Shown here piece after piece: positions 1 through 12,631 of a stretch of 64,000 bases of DNA; the first letter of the stretch is position 1; every line of letters starts with the position of its first letter. A model generated the notes under the pieces. That model saw only the letters and a list, made by a program, of their open reading frames with translations, searched no databases and was not told the DNA's origin. This DNA comes from Adineta vaga (lineage: Eukaryota; Animalia; Rotifera), in assembly GCA_021613535.1 (NCBI GenBank), contig CP075494.1, positions 15,314,001 through 15,378,000 of the forward strand, in the 5' to 3' direction. A program made the position numbers and the translations under genes.

Positions 1-854
1 ATGAAGATGAAAGTATATGGCAATTATTCAAATATTTCTTGAAAAATAAAATTCAATAGAAGTTGACAGTAACGATCGTTCACTTAATTTGATGATTACT
101 AAAAAGAAAATCTACCTTGAATGTAAGAAAAATTAGTCTTATATAAAACGATACATTGTTATCAAAACTACTTGACTCGACCAAGTACGGCAATTAACTC
201 AAACATTTCATTACACGAATAGAAAAACAAAATATTCTCGTTCTAATGTCAAGGTAAAGTAAACAGATATTGTATCTTATTAAATGCATCAAAATATAAT
301 CGATGACAAAGTCAAACATTCTAACATGTTTCTCAAATATCTATCTTTTTTCTAAAGAGAAATTGTTTGTATACAGATGTTTTTATAATCGTCAAATCAA
401 TATTCTTTTCAAATAACGATCATGTTGATAATTATCTTTACCGTAGCCGGGGGAGAAAAACAAAACAAAAATATACCCCATAATATAATGTCTTCTATAT
501 GTTTTCATGACTTATCAGCTCGATGTAGAAAAAAGAAACGCACAAAAAACAATACAACCCTACTTGTACGATAGCTAATGCTCTTTTCTATCGACCCATA
601 CCAAAACTTGCCAATGACTAGTCAAATATAATAAACAAAACATAATTTTCCATCATAGAAATCGATCATGCATGACCTACTGTCTTGACGACTCAGAATG
701 AATAATTTCATTTCAATGATTGTTAGAATATAAATGTCATTGAAAAGTAATCGATCTAAAAATGTCATACGTACGAAACAAATGTGTTTTTTCTCTCAGG
801 ATTTTCTTTATGTAATACAAAAAAAAACAACAACAACAAAAGAAATAGAAAATT

Positions 855-1863
855 TTAATCTCCACCATCGCCACCATCATCGTCCAAATCATCACCATCT
901 TCATCGCCTGGATCAAAATATGAATGAATATAATCTGCTGCCTAAAAATAGAACAAAATTGTTCTTTTTTCAATACCAACAATAACGAAATTCATTTTTT
1001 ACTTCATCTTCATCCATATCTTCCTCTTCTTCTTCAGGAATTTCACCATCCACTTCATTTTCATTATCAGTTAACTTCTTTTTTTCTGCATCTAGACAAT
1101 AAACACCAACAAGTTTTGAATAAAAATCTTTCGTCAAAAATAAATCTTACTTTTCAATTTTCCTTCTTCATCGTTTTCATCAACTTCAACAGTTTCGTCT
1201 CGTTTTTCATCTCCACCTTCTTCTTCTTCTTCTTCTTCTTCATCATTTCCCGTTACTTTTTCTTCATACTTGAAAAAAATTTCAACATAAATTATTGTCT
1301 TCATTCAAAAATTCATAACATACACTATTGAAATCAATATTAAACGTTGTCTTCTTCTTTTTACTTGTCGTTGGTGAAATTTTCTTTTTTGAAATATTCG
1401 GTTTGATTGTTGATGAATTTTTGTTTATACGAGATGCTACTTTTAATTCTCGTGGTAAAAGTAACCATTCTAAAAGATTTTTGTTTTTAACCTCATCGAG
1501 ATCATTCAACTGAATCTTTACCTTCTTTCCATTTATTTAAAATGAAATTTCTTCTATAATCTTCTCGTGATGGATCATGTAGAGATCGAAAATTTGAATT
1601 GAAATTTGATTGTAATTTTAATTTATAATCATAATCATTGTTTGAATTTTCTGTCGATGAATCTAATGGATGAGGAGTATTGAGTAATTCCTTAAAAATA
1701 AAACTATACACATGTATAATTGACTTTTTCTTTTCTATTTTAATTTAAAAATTATACTTACAGGAAAGACTGGTGGTGGTTCAGTAACTGCAGCTGGTAA
1801 ACTATCTTTAGCTAGTTTTAATGTATCGATTGTAAATGAAGCATGACCACGGCCAAAAGCCAT
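855..1863 (-). CDS. POLR3G: RNA polymerase III subunit RPC7/RPC32-like (5 exons)
   Basis: Spliced product starts MAFGRGHASFTIDTLKLAKDSLPAAVTEPPPVFP, contains EWLLLPRELK and ends in the acidic tail AADYIHSYFDPGDEDGDDLDDDGGDGGD*. These match the RPC7 motifs PPPLFP, W..LPRE and DY..SYFD. Short GT-AG introns reconcile the ORF pieces. Confidence 0.85.
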
Positions 1864-2360
1864 TGCTGATGAAATTTTCTTTAATTAAAGAAAGATTTTT
1901 AACTTGAACGAATGAAAGAAATTGCTTGGATAAGGTTTTTTATGGTATCGAATAAGGTGAATGACGCAAACAGAGGGCAGCAGTAGTCAAATCTATTGAT
2001 ATTGTGTTTTTTGTTCAATCATAAGAAAAAAAAGCGAAATAATAATCGAGTTCGCATAGGGATAAAACCACGTCATATTCTCATATGCTGAGAAACAAGA
2101 CGTCTTTGGATGATTAATAGAGTTTGAAATATTCATTTCAGACGTTTATCGAGTATGTTAAAATTTTATTATTCTAATTCTATTCTCTATTTAAAAAGTA
2201 TGTAAATAAAGCACCGAGAGTTCGTCCTATTCCACGTGATAAACGAAAAAAGAAAAGGAAGAAAAGAAGAAGAACAACAACAACAGAACATTCAACATAA
2301 GTTAAAAAGAGCAGAGTAATCTTAAGAAGTAATTTTATTTGCAAGGAAATCGAATACTTG

Positions 2361-3443
2361 ATGATGAATATTGACTATGAATATATTAATGAATCAGCTA
2401 TTGATGAAAATTATAAATGTTCTATTTGTATAAAACCATTTCAATATCCCGTTACTACTTCATGTGATCATACTTATTGTCAACAATGTATTCAACAATG
2501 GTTAAATCAAAATCATTCATTTTGTCCAACATGTCGACAAAAATTATCATCAAATGATTTAACACCCATAACTACTCGATTAGTATTAAATATGCTTGAT
2601 AAACTTCTTGTTAAATGTCCACAATGTGGAACAAATGAAATTGAACGTGGTAATTTGAATGATCATATTAAAAAAATCTGTTCAAAGAGTATTCTTCTCT
2701 GTAAAGCATCAGATATTCAATGTCCATGATCAGGTACACGTGATGAATTTAATAAACATCTATCTATATGTAATTATGAACAATTACGACCTGTACTTAA
2801 TCAATTAATTTGTGCAAATAAACAATTTGAACAGCAAATTCAATCACTTACTAAACATGTTCGAACTTTACAAGTTTCTAGTAAGTTTCTATTCAAGTCT
2901 TATTCTTTCATAGTGTTTATATATAAATATTCTCTAGTATCACATCCAACAAATCGTTTGATAACATTTGATAAACTAACAGATAATAAAAATGAAAATG
3001 ATTCAGGATTGATTCCTGAGTTTTATCAAAATTTACGATGGACTAATGTTTGGTATATGGATGAACGATGGGTAAAAATAAATCATTCTCTTAGTGGATG
3101 GAAAAATGCTTATACACATGATCATACATGTATAGCATTTAATGAAAAAGGAAATTCAATGAAAATTTCTTCAAAACATAAAGATATTGAAACATTTTCA
3201 TTAATTTCATTTGAAGCAACGGCTGCTTGGCATGATAATCTACAGATAAATGTTCTCGGAAGACGAATGAAACAAGAAATACATTCACTAATTATTAATT
3301 TACAATTCAATTATTCACAAGTATTTCAATTTGATTGGAAAAATATTGATGAAATTAAATTTCTTCCAATCAATGGTACACAACATCCTGGTGTGGACTA
3401 TGAAGAGAAATATTTTGCATTGACTTGGATTATGTTAGGATAA
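2361..3443 (+). pseudogene. RING + TRAF-type zinc finger + coiled coil + C-terminal beta-rich domain; interrupted by an in-frame TGA at 2727-2729
   Basis: C3HC4 RING (CSIC..CDHTYCQQC..CPTC) is followed by KCPQC..HIKKIC and CKASDIQCP*SGTRD. The frame stays open to a donor at 2881. A phase-1 intron (2881-2937) joins it in frame to the 2938-3443 exon (LITFD..IPEFYQNLRW..FSLISFEATAAWHDNL..FDWKNIDEIKF). Confidence 0.75.
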
Positions 3444-3858
3444 GATTTAATTTGAATATGAAAAGAAAATGTTTGTATGACTTAGATATTCGCTTGACAA
3501 TACTCCATATCTGATAACAGCATTTCAGCGAAATGATATCAATGCTATTCTTTTCGTGAAAATTTACAAGAAAAATGTTTCTTTTTTTTCCGTTTTATTT
3601 CGACACATAAAATATGATATAGGTATTGACTTGTAATGCCCTCTGTTGAATGTTTCTAATGATTATTTTTGAGGATAGAATAATTCTAAAATGGCGTTAT
3701 TCTATATTTGGTAAACTATGATCCAATGACTAGCTGCAAAGAAAGAAGGGCGTAGGCAGAAGTAGCAGCTGAGAAGTGAATTATTCTATTTACTTTTTCT
3801 ATCTCTCCGAATTTATATTTGTCACATTGACAGCGTTCGTTTGTGTTTAATTGTAATC

Positions 3859-4680
3859 ATGTCGATGAAATCAAATTCAGCATTTCAACGTCTACAAGCT
3901 GAATATCGACGCTTGTCAAAAGATCCTGTTCCTTATTTAACAGCACAGCCATTATCATCGAATCTATTAGAATGGCGTTATGTTGTACGTGGACCAAGTG
4001 AAACACCTTACGAAGGTGGAATTTATCAAGGGAAAATTGTTTTTCCTTTTGAATATCCTTATAAACCACCGAGTATGAAACTTAATGAATATTTATTTGT
4101 TTTTTTATTAAATAAGGATTATTATTTTAGGTATTTATATGTTAACACCAAATGGACGATTTAAAACGAATACAAGTTTATGTTTAACTATAACATCATT
4201 TCATCCTGATTCATGGAATCCATCATGGTATGTTTATTTTTCTTTGATTGAAATTGAATTAAATTGAATTGTGTGTTCTATCTGTTCAGGTCGATTTCAT
4301 CAATATTGAATGGTTTTTTAAGTTTTATGTGTGATACAAGTGCAACATATGGAAGTATTGAAACAACATACGCACAAAAACGTAAATGTGCTTATGATTC
4401 ATTAGCATTTAATATACAAGATCCGATTTTTTGTGAATTATTTCCTGAAATAACTGATGAAATCAAAAAGATTCTTGAAGAACGAACTGCAAAATTATCT
4501 ACCGTTAATTCGATTTCTAATGAACAAGAACAAACATCAATATCATCAACAATGAATAGTGCAACAACATCAACATCTTGGCTCAATACTCTAATTGGAA
4601 ATTTAATGATTCTCGTTTGTTTAGCAGCATTTGCTGTTATCGTTCGATTTATACTTAATTCTACTGGTGAAATACAGTAA
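3859..4680 (+). CDS. UBE2J2: ER-anchored ubiquitin-conjugating enzyme E2 J2 (Ubc6-like), 3 exons
   Basis: RLQAEYRRL.KDPVPY, EWRYVVRGPSETPYEGG, YPYKPPSIYMLTPNGRF, LCLTITSFHPDSWNPSW and a C-terminal TM helix. Confidence 0.93.
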
Positions 4681-4834
4681 AAATATCAACAGAGATTCGA
4701 TTTCAAGCTACAATATTTTCATTCATTTTGTTTCTTCTTTTTCTCAATGTATAAATAAATTTCTAAACAACTAAAACCCAATTATTTGAACGTTTCTTCA
4801 GAGAATTTTGTCTTCATATTCTGTATTTTTAGAT

Positions 4835-6225
4835 ATGAGTATTCAAAATAATGTTGTTGGCCCTGTATCAGCTCAAGGTGTATCGGATCCATATGGAGCA
4901 TTAAGAAATTTTGAAATTCTCAGAAAATTAGGTCATGGACATTTTTCCGTTGTTTTTTCAGCAAAAAGTCGAGTGAATAATGTTTGTGTTGCTTTAAAAA
5001 AAGTTGAGGTAAGATTCCTTTGGTATTAATATGAAAATTCGATTGAACAAATTCTTTTAGTTGAGTCAAATGGCTGACGCAAAAGCGATTGATGATTGTA
5101 AACGTGAAATAAGTTTACTTCAAGTAAGAATTTCTTTCAATTGATGAGAAAGTTTTTTTTTCTCATATCAATTCTTTTAGCAACTTAATCATCCAAATGT
5201 GATTAAATACATATCTCATTTTGTTGAAGATAATGATTTGTATATTGTTTTGGTAAGATTATTTTTAAAGAATCATCTTTTCGTTTATATGAAATCAATT
5301 TATTTAGGAATTGGCAAGTGCAGGTGATTTAGCTCAAATGATTAAACATTTCATTAAATCAAATAAACGAATGACAGAAAAAACAATATGGAAATTTTTC
5401 AGTCAAATCTGTAGTGGACTTGAACATATGCATTCGAAACGAATAATGCATCGAGGTAGTTCGTTTTTTCGATTTACTAAATGAAAACGAATGTTTTCCT
5501 TTTTGTTAGATATCAAACCAGCAAATATTTTTGTTAGTGCAGAAGGTATCGTTCGATTAGGTGATCTTGGATTAGGTACGTATCAACAAAATGGAACTGA
5601 ATTTTTAATTATTCTGTTTTCATAGGTCGATTTTTTGGTTCACAAACGAATTCAGCATATTCAATGGTTGGAACACCGTAGGTTGCAATTCTTGATGAAA
5701 CAGATGATTCTCTTCTTTTTTTAAATAGATATTATATGTCACCTGAACGCATACAAGAACATGTTGTTGGTTATGATTTTCGATCTGATATCTGGTCTCT
5801 TGGTTGCATTTTATATGAAGTAATTAATCAATTTATAACTCTTTGCAGATATCTCAATTTTATTTATTTAGATGGCTGCACTTCGTTCGCCATTCTATGG
5901 TGAAAATTTGAATCTCATTTTATTACGTAAAAAGATTGAAGCACTTGATTATGTTCCATTACCAGCTAATATCTTTTCACATGAAGTTTGTATTTTCAAT
6001 CTTAAAAGAAAAGAATAAATCGTTTTCTTTTAGCTTCGTCATCTTGTTGCCAGTTGTCTTGTCTTAGATCCTGATCGACGTCCATATATCAATGAAGTGA
6101 ATACTGTCGCTCAAGCAATGTTTGCAAGATTTGTTGAACAAGCAAATGCAAATAATAATACACCAACACCAACATCACGAAATGATTCAGCTAGTGGAAG
6201 TGTTACACCTGTTAATAATCGATAA
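4835..6225 (+). CDS. NEK7: NIMA-related Ser/Thr kinase NEK6/NEK7-like (multi-exon)
   Basis: [85 protein letters not shown]. Stop TAA at 6223-6225. Confidence 0.9.
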
Positions 6226-7194
6226 CTGATTGTGATATCTTTTCTTACTTTATTCATATCCGTCCATTTTTTTCAAATACAGTGAGAATGTAGACATATT
6301 CATTTTTGACCGGTCTTATCATCGTTTTCTTTCCGAACCTACACATACAAACACATACATATGATAATCAATATAATATTAATGTTGTATAGTTTACTTT
6401 ATATTTTCTTGATTTTTAATATTTTCTTTCATTAAACACAATTAACATTCTTGTTTGTAGAACATTTTCGAATTATTTTTCTTTTCTCTGATATTGATTC
6501 GATCGGTTTTGTTTGTTCTTTCTTTTTTTCTCTTTTTGTGTATATTACGAATGTGTTGGACAAAAGCAACGAATGAGAAATATAGATATATATATACACA
6601 ACTTCAAAGAAAAATATTAAAATTTTGATATCATGAATGTATGTTTTAAATCATTATGAAGTGATATTCATTTGTACAGATCGAACTTACTGTATGCTTT
6701 GAAGTCTGGATCATAATTCTCTTTGCTAATTAACGTCACATTTTGATGGCACAATGCGATATTTGGAAATTTATAATTCAGAAAATGACAATAAGAAATG
6801 TGAAAGAATTTGATGTCGAAGAGAAAGTTATTTCATAGGAACGAAATGAAACAAATGTAAGAATTTCATATGAATATGAACATTTATATAGTGACAGGTA
6901 ACGCTCATCCGTAGGATTCGCTGTCCCCTCTCTGAAAGAACTATAATGATGATTAACGCATCTATATTCTTTAAAAAAAACTCTCTTAAAGAGAAGAAAC
7001 ACTCGTCAAAATTTCTTTTCTTGATTTTATGTTTTGATTTTGTTCAGCATCATTGAAAACCTCGAGTTCCAAATTTTAGCACATCTGGTTGAACGAATAA
7101 AAAAAGACATAAATTTTACTGACAACCACTCCCGAAACTATTTTGAGATTTGTCAAAAAGTATGCCCAGAAATCGAGATTTATTTAGACTCTAA

Positions 7195-7257
7195 CCCAGG
7201 TCGACCAATCGGATACTCGAATCCGATCGGATCCAATATCGGATTTGTCGACCTGGG
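7195..7257. mobile_element. 63-bp palindromic mini-MITE
   Basis: Perfect 11-bp TIRs CCCAGGTCGAC...GTCGACCTGGG with internal ATCGGAT/ATCCGAT sub-repeats. Flanks are TAA and AAA. Confidence 0.7.
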
Positions 7258-7422
7258 AAAAGCTTTATGAAATTATTCGTTTAATGTACTAAAAGATACA
7301 GCATCGAAAACTGAACAAAATCCTCTATTTATATATTCTTTCTGTGGACCGATCGGTACTAGTCGAACATTAAAAATACGTAAATTTGATAAATATAATG
7401 ATATTAATTGTTTTTATCTATT

Positions 7423-9612
7423 CTCTGAAAGAAGAAAAGGAGTGATCCAAAACCTTTTCGGGTTCTGCAACATCTCCAGAGCAGAAAAAGTTCTGTATGA
7501 CATATGAGAAACCAAGAAAGGTTCTGGGCAACAATTCTAAACTATGAAGAGTCCTGTCAGTCATCCCTTAAACAACAGAAGGTTTAGTTATTTTTCTACT
7601 GAAGCTTGAAAACTCCTTCGTGAGACGAAACTGAATCCCGACCCTAAATAGTTCTGTTTTATTTATTTTGAACCAAAGGGGTTCTGCCCAAAAATACTCA
7701 GTTTGAAAGGGTTCGGTCTGATAATATTGAATCATAGAGATTTTTTCCTTCGACGTTACTGAATGTAAAGTTTCTTATCTAAAATCCGCAACCTGATATA
7801 GCTGTCCCAGTGAATGTTGGAGTATCGTAAGTTTCCTTAACTGAAGAAGAGAGTCATACACTCAAAAAATGTATATACGTTCGTTTGTTCATGCAAATTA
7901 ACAACAATTTAACAACTTTCTTTTCTCTTTTGAGTTTTGTCATAACAAAAAACGGAAATGCTTTGGCCATTTCCAGTTGTCAATAACGATCTTAGGTATG
8001 AACTGAACAACTTAATGTTTTGCATCGACGATGGTGGGAGTCCATTATCAGTATATGATTATTCCAAGCAATTTTTCAGTCATCCAAATCTGAGGGAGGT
8101 TTTTCTCTTATTATTTACATGCAACAAAATCATGTTCAGACCAGTTACAAGTTAACAGAGAACGACTCTAATATAGCTCAAACTAACTTATATGTTATGT
8201 CAACAATAGAGGGTAGGAGTTGATCAGCTGAAGTCCATGAACTCTGATGAAATGAACTAAAGAACTATTCAAAAGTTTATCATTTCACCGAGCTCAATCT
8301 TTTGAAAATATTCTTTACAACTAAAATGATCTTTTTCAGCGGTTCCTCTATTCGATTATGTAGAGATATCACGCAGTCATCAACTGATAGTATGTAGAGG
8401 TATTTGCATACCCTTGAGCATAGAAGATATCTTTATATAATGAGACTAGCAGACAGGGACGGGCTGAGGATTTTATAATACCCGAAAATTTAACTTCAAA
8501 GCATGGGTCCCGCATGAAACTTATGAAGTATGATAAGTGACCCAAATGGTGACTTTTTACCAAAAATATTTTGTGATTGAAGTTTGCGAAAAAAAATTCT
8601 TTTAATTGCTACACCCAACTTTTGTTTTTGGTTTAAGCAGTACTCAGAGATTCTTAGAATGTTATCGGAATCTACATCGAATTTCATCCACAGATTTCAA
8701 GTCTTTCAGAAGCTATCAAGAGATATATTCAATACGACTTGTTCAATCCCTCTTTCTATTCGGACAGCTTTCGAAACTAAATATCATATGAAGTATTTCT
8801 TATTGTTGTATAGGTACATATCGATCTCTGATTAAGAGTAAGTAATATTTCAAATACGAAATGAAACATTCTCTATTATCATTTAGGTTTGTATAGATAT
8901 GTGGGTAAAAATGAGTTATTTTCAAAACAATATGTTAAATATTTATTGTTATCATTTCGGTTCATAGCCATATCTAATTAAAGTTGAATGATATTTTGAA
9001 TTTTAGATTAAATATTTTCTATTGTCATTTAGATTCAGATCGAAAGTCTAACGAAATATGAGTTATATTTTATATAGAAAACTAAATATTTTCTTCTTTT
9101 ATATTTAGACCGATCTATATTGCACAGAAATGGTAAGTGGGATATTAGAAACAAAATAAGTAGAATGATTTTCTTTTTATATCTAGGTTGATTTGTACAC
9201 GTATTCAAGTACTGCAAGTGCGTCTGTTTATATTACAAGGTCAAAAACAGACTGAGAAAGTGATTTATGTTAGGGCTGAATTGAGCCAATCGGCAGCAAG
9301 CAAAAAGCGTGATTCGACTGTAGCTTAATTCACTTTTTCGGTCTATTTGAGAACTTAACATAAACAGACGCACTTGCAACACTGGAATATGTGTACAAAT
9401 CAACATAGATATAAAGAGAAAATAATTTTCTGAAAAACCATTTAACACACCTTTTATGTCAGACTGAAACTTATTTTGTATAGAATAATGATAAGTTCTG
9501 TTAGGTTTTAACAGAACCCTCTATGAGCCAGAACCTTTTTGTGGGTTCTGAATTTTACCAGCGGGCCGAACCCCCAAAAAGGTTCTGGAAAACTCCTTTT
9601 TTATTTTCGGAT
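7423..9612. mobile_element. Decayed non-autonomous TIR element, or two facing halves, rich in GGTTCTG/CAGAACC sub-repeats
   Basis: The left end CTGAAAGAAGAAAAGGAGTGATCCAAAACCTTTTCGGGTTCTG aligns with the reverse complement of 9560-9612 (CCGAAAATAAAAAAGGAGTTTTCCAGAACCTTTTTGGGGGTTCGG). The same motif family occurs in the insert at 56788-56911. Confidence 0.45.
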
Positions 9613-10814
9613 TTGAATTTAAAAGATGCATATGTCAAATTAATCAACATCATGTCATACAAATTTGGTTGTGTAGGACCATATTGACGTAATAAATTTA
9701 CTGATAAATAACGAAATTATGGAACACACGATAATAAACAAATCAATTGATTACAATATATTGAATTATCAACGAGTAAATATTCCATTGAGCTATATGA
9801 GAAAGTCATAATGTATTGTGTATATTTCGGAAAGTATAGAAGCAGTTGATCTCAAATTGTGTCGAAGGAAAATAATATGAAAGTGTTCCACAATAGATTT
9901 TTAATGTTGAGAGAATCTGAAATAAAACATAGTTTCTCGTAATATTAACGTAAGATACGCTCAAATGAGAATTAAATAGGTTTCGAAAAAAACAGTCGAG
10001 TATTCCAGAAGGTCTTCTGTTGTAAACCTAGATTTATATAAATGAATAGACAACATTATTCTATAGAAGAATAAAATAATAGGGATCTATCGAAAGACGA
10101 TAATGAGAAGGATATATCACATGATGCTTTAAACAAATATTACCTTCAAAGACAATGATCAAAAAAGATTAGAACACTTATGATAATTAAATGAAAATAG
10201 AGTTGCTCCAATAAATTACTGCTTGTCTATAAATAAGAAACAAAATGAGTAGAAATATAGATGAGATTTACGGAATATTCATTTTGAATTTTGTTCTCAT
10301 TTCGTAAGTCTAAATATGGAAGTTTTTTTTATCTCTTTTGCCATGAAAGTAGAAAAGAAAAACTTCTTCTACGCAAGACATCAACATTATTATTTGTTTT
10401 CATTAGAATTTTAAACATTGAAAAAAGAACGAACAATCATATACTCTATAATTTTGGTCAAAATGTATATGTTTTCTGATAGAAGACAAAGTTTTTATCT
10501 GGAAACATCAAGTATTAATAAATAAAGAAAAAGAGTTTATTGAATTTTTTGTATGGATTCAATAGTTATTTACCTAATTATGACAATGGATAATATCCGT
10601 TTACAATCGATTATTTTAAAATTTACAAGCTCGTCTTTCGAATGACGTTTGATAATGTCTTCATTTTTATCTTGGTTATGATGCAACACTCGTTTGAATT
10701 CTCATTGCTTGGATGCTGTGAAATTGTTCAAAGGTTATAGGTAACTATTATACGAATTCGATATTTTTTACAAATATATTTAGAGCATTGCAATCAAAAT
10801 TGATTAAATCAAAC

Positions 10815-11185
10815 ATCGGTGTGAAGCTAGCACGACGGAGCTAGCACGACGAAACAAAGATTTAGCTAAAACGTTTTTTATAAAGTAAGTCCCATGCATA
10901 AAAACGAGTCCATTCGACTCAGAATTTAATTCTACATCGAATGGTGCTACTTTTATTCACGGGACAAGCTTTGGAAAAATTTTATCTAGGTTTTTTTCTC
11001 TTACATAGGAGGAAAATAAAGATGTATGCAAAACTTTTCCCAAAGCTTGTCCCGTGAATAAAAGTAGCACCATTCGATGTAGAATTAAATTCTGAGTCGA
11101 ATGGACTCGTTTTTATGCATGGGACTTACTTTATAGAAAACGTTTTAGCTAAATCTTTGTTTCGTCGTGCTAGCTTCACACCGAT
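10815..11185. mobile_element. Foldback MITE with ~150-165 bp near-perfect TIRs and 9-bp TSD (Mutator/MULE-like)
   Basis: The arms ATCGGTGTGAAGCTAGCACGACG...CGTCGTGCTAGCTTCACACCGAT are almost perfectly complementary; the left arm has a small extra duplication. The direct repeat AAATCAAAC lies at 10806-10814 and 11186-11194. Confidence 0.9.
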
Positions 11186-12631
11186 AAATCAAACCAAGCA
11201 AAGTTTATCATTAATTTTGTTATCTCTTTTCGACTAATGTTAGATATTATTTGTTAATTCATGTCAGATATAATCCTATCTTTGTTAAAATATCAAGATT
11301 ATATGAAAGAAAATTTCCATTCAGTGTAAATATGACAATTATATACTTCGTCAATATATTCATAGTCAAAAAGTCAGTGATCAATATGCCATTGATTCAA
11401 TGAAACAAATGTCATGATACATGCGTCGATGGTGTATTTTAGAAGAATGTTCATCACAATCGATGAGTTCAGAAAGGCAGTTCACATTGATTTCTCAAAT
11501 AACCAAAATCGTCATATTAGATAAAGAAACTATTTTGGATGTGCATTCAACAACTAAATGTTCATTATCATGTGTAATTATTTGAATGCACAGCATGAAA
11601 AACTTCGATAGATCTAGTATAGTCGGTTTCATTGACACCGACGATGAATGTATTCAAAAAGAAATATGTGTAAACTCAAGACCGAACGACTTTACCACTC
11701 GCGAATTAATCATATTCTTGTAATTCTCAGAATGATAATGAATGGGGAGAGAATATAAGTACGGGTCACTATGTAAACATGAAACACTCTTTGTGTTTAC
11801 AAATGCATTTCGCCGTCTTTCATTGAAGCTCGAATATATCGGAAGTTGCATCCAGATGCGATTTATATCCTAAATTGTGTCTCTAAATATTAGTTAGTTG
11901 AGACTGAGATACACTCTTTTCTCTAAAACTTTCTTTTTTTATCTTGAAAGATGTACGAATACAAAACATCTTTCTATCATTAGACATCAAATGTCAAATC
12001 AAAGAAGCAATTAAATAAAGTTGTCAAACTCGTCATCCACTTTATCTTGATGTCAACCCCAATTCTCTAACGTTACAAATATAGTAATGATTTCTGAGAC
12101 ACTCAGACTTTAAACTAAACTCTGTATTATGAGAAATATTCAAAATAAAGTTCAGAAAAATATTTTGCTACGTTTTCATGCACAATAGAATGTTTAATAA
12201 ATGATTTTCCAGTCGTTCCCAATAGACCAGCGATGGGAATAAGTCCAGCGGACCCATTAAAAGGCTCATAAGACGCATCGACGATCATCCTTCTTCTTCA
12301 TAACCTTTCCACTATTGAAAATTTTGCAGAAGACATTATATTAAGAGTACACAGTTTCACAAAATATCATATCGTACCCATCAAGCTTCAACTGATAAAT
12401 TATAGTGCATTTCAAACACGGGACTTCGCTATCTCCGACATACACAAATCAACAACTTAGATGACAAACACATATCTCACGGTCGGAAATCAAGAGCTTA
12501 AAACAAAACACGTTATTGTACGATGAATACGACTTCGAAGCACAATGTATATTCATTTCTCACCACATCGGTTTCCTCTAAAACAATTCTCCAGCAAAGA
12601 GCACTAAAAAACAATGTCCCTCGAGTCCAAA

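Noticed and set aside
1-59. Possible 3' end of an upstream gene (EDESIWQLFKYFLKNKIQ*)
   Set aside because: Too short to identify or support.
734-1331. His-rich and Phe-rich plus-strand ORFs
   Set aside because: They are antisense to the acidic exons of POLR3G.
1470-1525. Apparent frameshift in POLR3G
   Set aside because: Resolved by a ~52-bp GT-AG intron.
2727-2729. Selenocysteine, or a genetic code with TGA=Trp
   Set aside because: The position corresponds to Trp, not Cys, and no SECIS was recognised. Other genes use TGG for Trp and TGA as a true stop (e.g. 31718-31720, 39096-39098).
9650-12050. Possible decayed genes around the foldback MITE
   Set aside because: There are coding-like patches, but too many stops and no recognisable motif to support a call.
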